From a phage, in the sequence record PV467749.1: DNA of 64,000 nt, one strand, 5' to 3'. Below, one piece after another: positions 38,524 through 47,333 of this stretch (position 1 is its first letter; every line of letters starts with the position of its first letter). The position numbers and the translations under genes are program-made. Below the pieces are notes generated by a model. It searched no databases. It was not told the DNA's origin and saw only the letters and a list, made by a program, of their open reading frames with translations.

Positions 38524-38771
38524 TGTTGTACTCCATTAATCACTGAAGTATTGATTCGTGTTTTACCGCTGCTGTATCCAGTACTGGTATTTGCATTAGG
38601 GCAATAAACTGTATACAAGGTTACACCAGCACCGTCCTTTTGCATACGATAAATCTTACATCCTGCTTCTTGTAATTCAATAGGGAGAATAAAATCACTT
38701 GTGCGTTCTTTTGTTGAAGCGTCACATGCAGTGAGTAAAAATGCAACGAGTACTGCTACGATATATTTCAT
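38520..38771 (-). CDS. putative lipoprotein
   Basis: MKYIVAVLVAFLLTAC: lipobox L-T-A-C. Confidence 0.7.
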   Translation of the reverse strand: MKYIVAVLVAFLLTACDASTKERTSDFILPIELQEAGCKIYRMQKDGAGVTLYTVYCPNANTSTGYSSGKTRINTSVINGVQQ

Positions 38772-39079
38772 TAACGAACCTCCACTTCTTGAGAAAGAGC
38801 ATGAGTCAGTGCATTTGAATTCGAACTATTCATTTCACGCTGACATACAAACATAATGGCATCTTGTACTGAACCTGCGATTTCATACTCACGACCTTCT
38901 GGATCAGTTACCAGATGTTCAACGATACAACCACCACGCAGTACAGAAGCACCAGTACTTACACTAATCCTGTAACCTAAAAAATCAAACTGCATACATG
39001 CGTCAGTAGGTTTCATCCAATAACCGCTGTTTTGATTCAAATCGATGATTACAAAACCTTGAGTGTTAGTTTGAAACAT
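38771..39079 (-). CDS. hypothetical protein
   Basis: 102 aa. Confidence 0.6.
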   Translation of the reverse strand: MFQTNTQGFVIIDLNQNSGYWMKPTDACMQFDFLGYRISVSTGASVLRGGCIVEHLVTDPEGREYEIAGSVQDAIMFVCQREMNSSNSNALTHALSQEVEVR

Positions 39080-39172
39080 AGTTAATTCCTCATTTAATTT
39101 AAAAGGGTGGAAACGCAGTGACGAGTACGATTATGCTGTCTTTCCTTTCACTGCATTCCCTTTGATATAAAC

Positions 39173-39200
39173 ATTATACAGTACTGATATCTTATGTCAA
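39173..39200 (-). promoter_or_regulatory. sigma70-type promoter
   Basis: Minus sense TTGACA-taagatatcagtactg-TATAAT. Confidence 0.7.
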
Positions 39201-39203
39201 GTA

Positions 39204-39287
39204 TTAATCACCAAAAATCATCAGATACCCAAACCAACCCACACAGACGACTAAGCTAACAATACCAAAGACAATCTCTAAAGTCAT
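39204..39287 (-). CDS. 27-aa hydrophobic peptide (below cutoff)
   Basis: Hand translation MTLEIVFGIVSLVVCVGWFGYLMIFGD; aagga SD. Confidence 0.35.
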   Translation of the reverse strand: MTLEIVFGIVSLVVCVGWFGYLMIFGD

Positions 39288-39296
39288 GTTGCATCC

Positions 39297-39497
39297 TTAA
39301 TCAATGATTTTATATTCACGATGACCATAGAATCCAGCCTCAAGGATGCGATTACCATCAGCATCTTCCAAATCCCACCCACGGGATGTTTCGGCAATAA
39401 TAGTCATGATGTGACCTCTTGGGAAAATTCCACTCATGGTGGATACATCTTCAAGTAATTGAACCTTCTTACCAACATTTGTATTTGATTTAAACAT
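39297..39497 (-). CDS. hypothetical protein
   Basis: 66 aa. Confidence 0.55.
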   Translation of the reverse strand: MFKSNTNVGKKVQLLEDVSTMSGIFPRGHIMTIIAETSRGWDLEDADGNRILEAGFYGHREYKIID

Positions 39498-39506
39498 ACT
39501 TTACCC

Positions 39507-39689
39507 TTATTCGTTGATTACGTCAAGTACTTTGTCCAGTTTCTTACCAATACTATCCTTTGGTTTCTCACCATTCTGGAATACATTAGTACTGCAATAC
39601 TCAGGACGGGTATTAGGGAACTTCTCGTTCATCCAGGAGTGACCATATACACCAAGAATGATACCTACGATAAGAATGATGATTTGCAT
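39507..39689 (-). CDS. small N-terminally anchored membrane protein
   Basis: MQIIILIVGIILGVYG. Confidence 0.55.
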   Translation of the reverse strand: MQIIILIVGIILGVYGHSWMNEKFPNTRPEYCSTNVFQNGEKPKDSIGKKLDKVLDVINE

Positions 39690-39703
39690 GATATATCCTC
39701 TAA

Positions 39704-40498
39704 TTAAATTACATATGGTTTATAGTAATGAATCTCGTTTGATATTGCAGCGAAGACTTTGTTATTAAATCTTTCACCATAATCACGAAGAGATTCACCT
39801 TCTTCGCTTTCAATAAAGTAATTATATACTGGTAGACGTGCGGTGTCAACACCTATAAATGATTTCATGTAAATTTGTACTAAACGATTCATTCCTTCAT
39901 TTAAGCATTGCACCTCAAAGTGCTTGATACCTTTGTCTAAATGTTTGAATGCATTAATGATACCACGTTTAAAATCACGCTGCATAGTACTGAATAGATT
40001 CTCAGGGAACACTGTAATAGGTGACATTGATTTAAGAATGTATGTATCTTTAGCATTCTTAATATACTCAATGAAGCAGTAGTTAACGTCAGGCTCGATA
40101 GAACGATCAGCGTTATGATACCAGTACTTAAACTCACTGTACTCAGCAAACTTATGCTGGCGTAATGCGTTACAATCCTCACACAGTGCAGTCATGTTCT
40201 CTTTATCATTGCCACCCTGGAGACAGTCCAGTACATTATGGTCTAACGTCATGCGTACAAGGCGTTTACCTTTAAGTACATAAGGTCTGAATTTATAACG
40301 GTCTTTAGTACTGTGCTTATGTAAAGTGAATACCACATTGGATTCACCACAACAATCACATTTAAAGCCATCGCGTGACATTACATGAATGAGTTTTCGA
40401 GTATTTGGGCCGAACTCAGATTTAGTAATGTTGCCAACAATTTCTGATGGGTCGTAGTATTTTGAATTCCGGCGAATCAATTCATCTATAGTGCTCAT
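39704..40498 (-). CDS. HNH endonuclease
   Basis: CDCCGESN...TLDHNVLDCLQGGNDKENMTALCEDCNALRQHKF; start moved to MSTIDEL (ggag SD). Confidence 0.7.
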   Translation of the reverse strand: MSTIDELIRRNSKYYDPSEIVGNITKSEFGPNTRKLIHVMSRDGFKCDCCGESNVVFTLHKHSTKDRYKFRPYVLKGKRLVRMTLDHNVLDCLQGGNDKENMTALCEDCNALRQHKFAEYSEFKYWYHNADRSIEPDVNYCFIEYIKNAKDTYILKSMSPITVFPENLFSTMQRDFKRGIINAFKHLDKGIKHFEVQCLNEGMNRLVQIYMKSFIGVDTARLPVYNYFIESEEGESLRDYGERFNNKVFAAISNEIHYYKPYVI

Positions 40499-40499
40499 T

Positions 40500-40727
40500 T
40501 TATATTTCTCCAGCAAGACACTCAAAAGTGACTTTTTTAACTTCGATAACTCGTACCAAATAGTATCCATGAAAGAAATTAAAACCAATCATTTGTGATA
40601 ATGCATCTGCTTCAGATTTTGCACGGATACATGATAGATATAGTTCTCGTATATCGCCATCCAACGATGCTTGTTTCTCGTCATTGATAACAATAGAACG
40701 AATCTCAAAACGAACACCATAACTCAT
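40500..40727 (-). CDS. hypothetical protein
   Basis: 75 aa. Confidence 0.55.
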   Translation of the reverse strand: MSYGVRFEIRSIVINDEKQASLDGDIRELYLSCIRAKSEADALSQMIGFNFFHGYYLVRVIEVKKVTFECLAGEI

Positions 40728-40933
40728 TCTGTTTGTCCAACAATTAGTTTCTCTTTAGTATTACTATTATAACACCACATTAATTCTTCACCAACTGTTC
40801 TAAGTGAAACGCTGTTTACTTGTTCATATGTACTGTCACGTACTGCAATACATTGATTCATTGAATTCATTGGGGTGATTTGTACACCAGATTGTGGTGA
40901 AAGAGCAATAATTAAAAAGATTACTGAATTCAT
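40724..40933 (-). CDS. small secreted/membrane protein
   Basis: Hydrophobic N-terminus MNSVIFLIIALSP. Confidence 0.55.
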   Translation of the reverse strand: MNSVIFLIIALSPQSGVQITPMNSMNQCIAVRDSTYEQVNSVSLRTVGEELMWCYNSNTKEKLIVGQTE

Positions 40934-41566
40934 TAGATATTCCTCGATGGTTAATCATCCATCTCTTCGAGATGTCTGTTCGCTTCTAATACTACGTATT
41001 CTACGCGAATGAATCATAACTGTCAAGGACTTTTAATATTGACGGGATTTGAGGAAGGGATTTTTCTTCCCCCCGCACGGAGGGAAATTTGACGCTGATG
41101 GTATCAGAGCTATTGCATTGAAGATTACTCATAACGAGTGCGAAAGCGGGTCATCCTGTTTCTCTCTACTTCAGTTTCATATGACGGTCTACACTTTTAA
41201 ACATAGTGTATCTTCATTAAGTATCTATGCAATCAAATACTTAATGTGAGTACTCAAATTTTGGACGCAACTTTCCTGTACAAAATTCGATAACTCTCCC
41301 TTAGATAATTCGTAAGGTGTTATCCTTATATGTCTATCGAGGAACCACCAGCTATCCTAACGTGGTTCTTTATACAGCCGCATTGCCGTGAGGGGTTCAA
41401 ACTATGCCCACATCTAACGGGTTTCTTTTGCTGTTCGCTACAATGAAAAGCTCATCTATCCTTTACATTTTCAAGTGAAGTAGGGGAAGATTGTCAGTAC
41501 CAGTACTGTCATTGTGATTGTACATAGATCATTGTATCACCATTAATAAATTTGTCCCATAAAAAA
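40934..41566. other. long non-coding, hairpin-rich region (candidate structured RNA or cis element)
   Basis: About 630 nt with no credible ORF on either strand and local GC enrichment. Stems include cattaagtat/atacttaatg (10 bp), gaaccac/gtggttc, tacac/gtgta and a GAAA-loop hairpin. Confidence 0.4.
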
Positions 41567-41567
41567 A

Positions 41568-41586
41568 GGCTGACCGAAGTCAACCC
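41568..41586 (-). terminator. fused terminator module copy 7
   Basis: ggctgaccgaagtcaaccc flanked by A7 / T3, directly after the sigma gene stop. Confidence 0.7.
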
Positions 41587-41593
41587 TTTAATC

Positions 41594-42559
41594 TTAAAAA
41601 TCTTCGAACTCATAACCTTTTGTCTTAACCATCTTACGCAGTCGTTCCATTGCTTCAGAGTACTTACGGTGCAATGAAGAACGAGCAGTCATGACCTTAC
41701 CCTTCTCATCTTCAAAACCACTCTCAATGATTTCTCGTAGCGTTTCTGGTTCAGAATAAGAACCAATACCATGTACACGTTCAATCAATTCACGGTCTTT
41801 GGCAGATAGGTTACTCATCATTTCTGCAATACTTTGTACCAGTGGGGTACTGACAGTTTCTACGCCTAAGTTGTAATCAGGTTCAACTGAAGTAACAATG
41901 TCAGATAATGTACTTTCTGAATCATTACTCATTTTCATATTCAATGCTACATAAGTGTTATTGTAAGTTAGACAATTCTTAACGTGTTGAATCTCAATAC
42001 CAGTCTCTTTTGACACCATCTCAGGAGTTGGGTATTTACCATGTTTCCTTTGATACTCTTCTACACAACGTTTCACATAAATGTTATTAACACTCATATA
42101 ACGTGGGAAATGCACTAGATAATTAGCATCCGCACTTTCGTTATAGATTGTCATGTACACAGTTGTTGTTGCATATGTAATGAACTTAACATTTTTGGTA
42201 GTGTCGAACGTATGAATTGCTCGCATTAAACCTTCAACACCATAAGAAATCTTATCTTCAAATGGGATAAAACATGTACACTTACGTGCAACACTTACTA
42301 CCATTGGATAGTTGTAGCGAACCAAAAGGTCAATGTTCTTTTCAACGTCAATACCATCACGCACTGCTTGGATGAGCATTTCATTCGTTATCCCTTTAGG
42401 GCGAGTTAAGCTGATACCTGTTTTTGGTTTCTCAAACTTGTGACCGTCATGTTCTTCTTCTTCGACGGAATCAAGAGCCTCTAATACGTTGACTTCTTCA
42501 CTAGCAAAACACTCATCCAGTACTTCTTCAGAAATTGCATTTAAATCAAGCTTTTTCAC
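41594..42559 (-). CDS. sigma70-family RNA polymerase sigma factor
   Basis: Region 2-like YGVEGLMRAIHTFDTTKNVKFITYATTTVYMTIYN; region 4-like LSAKDRELIERVHGIG...TLREI...ARSSLHRKYSEAMERLRKM; GTG start with ggag SD. Confidence 0.75.
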   Translation of the reverse strand: MKKLDLNAISEEVLDECFASEEVNVLEALDSVEEEEHDGHKFEKPKTGISLTRPKGITNEMLIQAVRDGIDVEKNIDLLVRYNYPMVVSVARKCTCFIPFEDKISYGVEGLMRAIHTFDTTKNVKFITYATTTVYMTIYNESADANYLVHFPRYMSVNNIYVKRCVEEYQRKHGKYPTPEMVSKETGIEIQHVKNCLTYNNTYVALNMKMSNDSESTLSDIVTSVEPDYNLGVETVSTPLVQSIAEMMSNLSAKDRELIERVHGIGSYSEPETLREIIESGFEDEKGKVMTARSSLHRKYSEAMERLRKMVKTKGYEFEDF

Positions 42560-42581
42560 TTACTTCTCCTAATGAATGAAA

Positions 42582-43079
42582 TCAAAAACGGTATACATTA
42601 ATATTATCATCGGTATAGATATCATGGTTATGAACATCCATGAAGGTATCAAATACCTTATCAAGAAGAGTATTATACTCTTCATGTACTGCTGCATCAA
42701 GCATGTATTCACCACCACTACCCATAAAGAATGTATAATCATTATGGAGATAATCAATCTTCTTGGTAAACTTACCCTTATTAACGATTAAGTGAATGAT
42801 GTAATCTTTTGACACAAGAACACAGTGACAACTCGCCTTGCGGTCTGGTATCACAGTCTCTTGTGAAATCAAGTATCTCAGTACTTTGTTAATTTCACTA
42901 ACTTCACCGCAAGCACTAAACAGTCGGTCGTGTACATACAATGTTTTTTGTGAAACTACACCATAACTAAGTTTTGGTTTCAACGGGAATAGGTTCAAAA
43001 ATGAACGTTGCTCAGTTGATGTCACTTTTGAATCAGTAAGTAATACTCCCAAGCGTTTATCAATATAAACAGTCGTCAT
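42582..43079 (-). CDS. HslV/proteasome-beta-like Ntn peptidase candidate
   Basis: MTTVYIDKRLGVLLTDS (compare HslV MTTIVSV...GDG), FMGSGGEYMLDAAV (compare HslV IGSGG.YA.AAA), 165 aa. Confidence 0.5.
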   Translation of the reverse strand: MTTVYIDKRLGVLLTDSKVTSTEQRSFLNLFPLKPKLSYGVVSQKTLYVHDRLFSACGEVSEINKVLRYLISQETVIPDRKASCHCVLVSKDYIIHLIVNKGKFTKKIDYLHNDYTFFMGSGGEYMLDAAVHEEYNTLLDKVFDTFMDVHNHDIYTDDNINVYRF

Positions 43080-43080
43080 A

Positions 43081-43500
43081 TTAAACCTTATCTAAAAATT
43101 TATCATAGATATAAAATTCTTTATCGTTGAATACATTAATTCTAGTATCGAAGCGTTGTAGTGTATTCATGTATAATGTTCTTTTTAAATAAAAATACAA
43201 TGCAACAAATTCAGATATATGCATATTCTTTTTATTATTACATAAATTCTTTAGCATTTCAATGCTATCAAAATCATCTTTATCATACCTATACTGGTAA
43301 AAATTATATCTATTGAACTGACACTCATAGATACGAAGTGCCATTATGTCAATACATGCTTTAGATTTACAGTACTTATTCAATACGTCATAATCACCCA
43401 CACATAATGCTACGAAGATTTTATGTGCAAGTGTTGCTTTGCCTTCAATCGTATAATAGCCAAAAAATTTAATGATTAAGTAATGTATAAATCTAAGCAT
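43081..43500 (-). CDS. hypothetical protein
   Basis: 139 aa. Confidence 0.6.
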   Translation of the reverse strand: MLRFIHYLIIKFFGYYTIEGKATLAHKIFVALCVGDYDVLNKYCKSKACIDIMALRIYECQFNRYNFYQYRYDKDDFDSIEMLKNLCNNKKNMHISEFVALYFYLKRTLYMNTLQRFDTRINVFNDKEFYIYDKFLDKV

Positions 43501-43505
43501 TGGAT

Positions 43506-43766
43506 TTAGAATTTCTCCGAAATTACAAGTGTATCATCATAGTCATCAGCAACGGAGTTCAGTACTTCCAAATTACTTTCACCAGAAATACTTTGTACTT
43601 CGTTCAAAAGATAGTTTAGATCAACTTTAGTTACTTTTTCTGAATCAAACACACAGAAAGTCAATTCAGCGTTTGGACAGATCTTCTTCAGATTATCAGC
43701 AACAACTTGTTTGAAGTTAAAAGATGGGGAAGCAACCAGGTTAACTGCAACGAGAATAGATTTCAT
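43506..43766 (-). CDS. hypothetical protein
   Basis: 86 aa. Confidence 0.6.
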   Translation of the reverse strand: MKSILVAVNLVASPSFNFKQVVADNLKKICPNAELTFCVFDSEKVTKVDLNYLLNEVQSISGESNLEVLNSVADDYDDTLVISEKF

Positions 43767-43840
43767 AATGTTTTCCTTTTTAGCTGATAATTAAATTAGG
43801 AGCACATTGTACTCCATGTTATTGGTTAAGTCAAATACTT

Positions 43841-44092
43841 TTAGATACCGAGTACTGAATTCAATTCTTTACGCTTGTTATATGAATCAGATTCAAACTT
43901 ACTTTTCTTATTGAAAAGGGATTCGATATCCTTATAGATAGCTTCGATGGATTTAGTTACAACCCATTCGGATTCCTGAAGCATAGCTTGAAGACGTGCG
44001 TACTCAACTTTGATAGTACTGCGAAGTTCTTCACAAGCTTCTTCGTTCTTAATTAGTGCTTCACTAAGTTCTTTGACCTTATCGATGTTCAT
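43841..44092 (-). CDS. hypothetical coiled-coil-like protein
   Basis: 83 aa, E/K-rich heptad-like. Confidence 0.55.
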   Translation of the reverse strand: MNIDKVKELSEALIKNEEACEELRSTIKVEYARLQAMLQESEWVVTKSIEAIYKDIESLFNKKSKFESDSYNKRKELNSVLGI

Positions 44093-44151
44093 AAGTTCCT
44101 TACCATTTCCCAGTTTTGATGTAATAATTATATATGACTCAATAACTCACG

Positions 44152-44577
44152 TCAACTGTTTTCCGTACCTTTCTCTGCCATTTTGGTGATGTGCCATTTG
44201 AGTACTGATTTGTGTACCATAAAAAATGTGAATGCAAAGACTGTAATGGCTGCTGAAGTAACACTATTAGATAAAGACCCAAGTTGGATGTTAGTACCTA
44301 AAATAACAATAAATGGATACAACACAATCAATCTACTGTAAGGTTCGTCTCCAGTATCACGGATAAATCCCAGCCTTTCATGATCAGTATCCATAGTGAC
44401 AATTGGACAGAACATAAGTGCAGACATAACAGCAATACCAATTTGTGCTACATTGGCAATTGTAAACCACAAAGGATTTAAACCATATGAAATGTTGTTT
44501 TCAGTACAGTAATATCCAAATGTATTGATTGCACAAACTAAAAATACAAAAATACAAATCTTATTGTATCCCCTCAT
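44152..44577 (-). CDS. membrane protein
   Basis: 141 aa, four TM segments. Confidence 0.6.
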   Translation of the reverse strand: MRGYNKICIFVFLVCAINTFGYYCTENNISYGLNPLWFTIANVAQIGIAVMSALMFCPIVTMDTDHERLGFIRDTGDEPYSRLIVLYPFIVILGTNIQLGSLSNSVTSAAITVFAFTFFMVHKSVLKWHITKMAEKGTENS

Positions 44578-44996
44578 TTGTTTAGCTCCGTTAATTTTCG
44601 TTTAACTTCAAGATCATAATACTCATCAGCATATGAGTTTTGAACAGTTCTTGTATATTCCAACATAACAAACATAGAACCACACACCCACAGATAAGTA
44701 TAGTAATCAAATACAAAAGCATAGATAATACATGGTATTAAAATAAATGTAAACACAAAACTATATCTCTTAGTACCGAATACTTTAACAAAAAGCTGAC
44801 GGCGGCAATCACGTGCAAATGTATGAATACATATAGAAAATATAATCAATGAATACCATGAAATGCCCTGGATTACACCTGAAACATTTACAAGTTTATG
44901 TCCGTCTGGAAACCCCAGTGCATTAAGCACTGGAGCCATCACCCAACCAATAATAGCAATAAGAAATAGATACTTTGCATTGCTAAGTGTGAACAT
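44574..44996 (-). CDS. membrane protein
   Basis: Start moved to MFTLSNAKY (TAATG junction). Confidence 0.6.
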   Translation of the reverse strand: MFTLSNAKYLFLIAIIGWVMAPVLNALGFPDGHKLVNVSGVIQGISWYSLIIFSICIHTFARDCRRQLFVKVFGTKRYSFVFTFILIPCIIYAFVFDYYTYLWVCGSMFVMLEYTRTVQNSYADEYYDLEVKRKLTELNK

Positions 44997-45454
44997 TATT
45001 TCAGTCCCCATGCCTTTTTAATAGCATCCACTGCGTTCTGGTCTACGACTTCCTGTTTAGTAGCACTGGTTTGTAGTTTATCAATTACATAGTTCTTAGC
45101 ATCTTTTTCAATCATAAACTTACCATCAACTAAACACCCAAATACTTTAGAGTTACGTGCTGGGTATGTCCCGATTTCATCAAGAGTACGAACTTTCTTA
45201 TCAACTACAATTGCTTTGATGTAACCAGTTTCCAGTACTGTAGTGATGACAGTCATTTCGATTGCAATTGGTGACTCTTCCCAGAATGCAATCCACTTGG
45301 TGAAGCTGCGGTCCGGTGAATCTTTTGTTGGCTTCAGTTTAATTGCACTGTTGAAAATGTACTGCTTGAATCCATCTTCAACCACTTCACTGATACTTAG
45401 GTAACCTTCGCGTTCTTCTGCGTTGCGTTTGAATTGAGTAGCTAATACGTCCAT
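44996..45454 (-). CDS. hypothetical protein
   Basis: 152 aa. Confidence 0.6.
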   Translation of the reverse strand: MDVLATQFKRNAEEREGYLSISEVVEDGFKQYIFNSAIKLKPTKDSPDRSFTKWIAFWEESPIAIEMTVITTVLETGYIKAIVVDKKVRTLDEIGTYPARNSKVFGCLVDGKFMIEKDAKNYVIDKLQTSATKQEVVDQNAVDAIKKAWGLK

Positions 45455-45507
45455 CGTTAATTCCTCTTGTCAGTTATTGCGGTACGAAGCTATTATACTG
45501 CCATTTA

Positions 45508-45951
45508 CTATTTGGAGTCAACACATTTCAACAAGTATTTTTCTATGTATCTTATATGTGATGGTGGTAACAGTAAGTTTTCGTATCTAACCCTGTACAC
45601 ACTACAATCGCCTAGATGAAAGTGACTGGTAGGATACAAGTCAGTTCTAATACTAACACGTTTACGATTATCAGTAAAGTTAATTAATGATTTTGGATTG
45701 TTATTAGCATGAGTTCTTACAAAGTATTCAATTTCATTGAGTGCTTTTTCGTCGTATACATACTTGTCAAACACACCTAGTGTAAAGTACCTTGGATGGT
45801 ACATATATGAGAATAACAATGCAGGAATATACTTCTTTATCCCTTCGTGTTTTGCAATAGCTGAAGCATATGCAAAATGTGATGCATCAGAGAAGATGTT
45901 AAGAAAAATGAAATATGACACTAATAAACCTAGAATCAGCAAAAGTGTCAT
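45508..45951 (-). CDS. hypothetical protein with N-terminal TM
   Basis: 147 aa. Confidence 0.6.
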   Translation of the reverse strand: MTLLLILGLLVSYFIFLNIFSDASHFAYASAIAKHEGIKKYIPALLFSYMYHPRYFTLGVFDKYVYDEKALNEIEYFVRTHANNNPKSLINFTDNRKRVSIRTDLYPTSHFHLGDCSVYRVRYENLLLPPSHIRYIEKYLLKCVDSK

Positions 45952-46406
45952 TCAAAACCTCTGTATTTTTCATATACTTCAACACATTCCATGATCTTGT
46001 CATCATCGGTCATGTCATAACCCTGAAGAAATTCTTCTTTATCAACCTTAGCAGCCATCATGTCATCATCCGAGATCCTCGAATCATAGAATGTGTACAT
46101 ATCTTTATAGTACTGCTTGTTGTGCTGTTCATCCTTAACCTTAGCATACCCAGCACAAAACGATGGCGATTTGACTACATTCCATTTATGCTTTTTGATA
46201 GGCTTATCATTAGCATGTTTTTCACGGTATTGCTGGCGGTAACGTTCACGCATCTCAGGCATGTATTCTTCAGCAGTACGTTTTGGTTGGGCTTTCCCTG
46301 TTCCAATCGTCTTGATTGTTTGACGCTGGTCTTCCGCATGTACTGGTGCAACAAAGCAGGAAGTACTGAATACAACAGCAGTGATTACTAGAAAGTGTTT
46401 AAACAT
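45948..46406 (-). CDS. secreted protein (signal peptide)
   Basis: MFKHFLVITAVVFSTSCFVAPVHA-ED. Confidence 0.6.
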   Translation of the reverse strand: MFKHFLVITAVVFSTSCFVAPVHAEDQRQTIKTIGTGKAQPKRTAEEYMPEMRERYRQQYREKHANDKPIKKHKWNVVKSPSFCAGYAKVKDEQHNKQYYKDMYTFYDSRISDDDMMAAKVDKEEFLQGYDMTDDDKIMECVEVYEKYRGFE

Positions 46407-46408
46407 AA

Positions 46409-46636
46409 TCAAACCTCTTTTACAATAATGTCGATTTGCACAGGAATAGCAATCTCACTGTTGCATGAATAAACATCTGCACAGTACTCAATATCTAGTA
46501 CTTCATAGTATTTTTCAAAGCCACAGATTGTAAGATTCAACGTAGCACCAATAGCTGGCAATACGGGAAAGGATAAAAATGCAATTTTAGAATTAAATTC
46601 TTCATTAATATCTTGATATACAGTGGCAGTAATCAT
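46409..46636 (-). CDS. hypothetical protein
   Basis: 75 aa. Confidence 0.55.
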   Translation of the reverse strand: MITATVYQDINEEFNSKIAFLSFPVLPAIGATLNLTICGFEKYYEVLDIEYCADVYSCNSEIAIPVQIDIIVKEV

Positions 46637-47217
46637 AATGGTAACTCCTGAAGTGGTTTAATAATACTCAGTACTGGGTGATTTTCAATCATTGGTCGCC
46701 CTGGTACACCTGTTAGCACAACTGGAATCGAACTAATGTCTTTTACATAGTTGAATCCCTCAAATGTGAATTCTTGCTTTTTCTCATTATACAATACCCA
46801 CAGAATAACGTCAGCTTTTTTCTGTATATTTTTTAACTGTCGAGTACTAACACATGGACCAAAGTCTGTCCACGATTTGTACTTGATGCCTTTCACTTCA
46901 ATTCTTAAGTTGTTTACTTTGATATCACATTCACCATCACGACCATCACTTTGGAACGCTGGATCGATGTTAAGTGCAATACCTGAATAGTTTTCAATTT
47001 CATTAAAAAGTACAAATGAAGCATGTTCACATACCATACCAACAAAATGACTGTGAGCGTGATTAAACCCATACGGCGATTTACTTGCAGGTGCAAGAAT
47101 TTTATATCGTTCGGATTTCTCAATTGCTTTAGCCATAAAAGAATCAGCTTCATCTTTGTATAGCTTAACAGTCATTTTACCATTTTTCAGTACTAAACGT
47201 TTTTCTACAACACTCAT
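46633..47217 (-). CDS. PD-(D/E)XK nuclease-fold candidate
   Basis: GECDIKVNNLRIEVKG = D-x10-E-x-K spacing. Confidence 0.45.
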   Translation of the reverse strand: MSVVEKRLVLKNGKMTVKLYKDEADSFMAKAIEKSERYKILAPASKSPYGFNHAHSHFVGMVCEHASFVLFNEIENYSGIALNIDPAFQSDGRDGECDIKVNNLRIEVKGIKYKSWTDFGPCVSTRQLKNIQKKADVILWVLYNEKKQEFTFEGFNYVKDISSIPVVLTGVPGRPMIENHPVLSIIKPLQELPL

Positions 47218-47333
47218 AAAATCCCCTTATTGATATTCCATTTAAGTATACGTCAAAAACACAACTCAGTCAAGGTGCTTTTTTACCTATCTAGAATAAA
47301 TACGTTATAATAATTATACCAATGGAGGGATGA

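Noticed and set aside
41030-41110. tmRNA (ssrA) gene or fragment
   Set aside because: The + strand string ttGACGGGATTTGagg resembles the tmRNA 5' TLD (TTCGACGGGATTTGCG), and tctctctacttcag...gacgg vaguely recalls PK2. But there is no GGGG 5' end, no matching 3' acceptor or T arm (GGGTTCAA.TCCC...CCACCA), and no plausible tag ORF. An 11-12-nt match may be chance.
41049-41249. 66-aa + strand ORF in the non-coding region
   Set aside because: It has a TTG start, no SD, lies opposite to all its neighbours and runs across strong hairpins.
42569-42791. ORFs 42569-42757 (-) and 42576-42791 (+) overlapping the 3' end of the HslV-like gene
   Set aside because: They are shorter, in alternative frames, and overlapped by the 165-aa ORF, which carries recognisable motifs.
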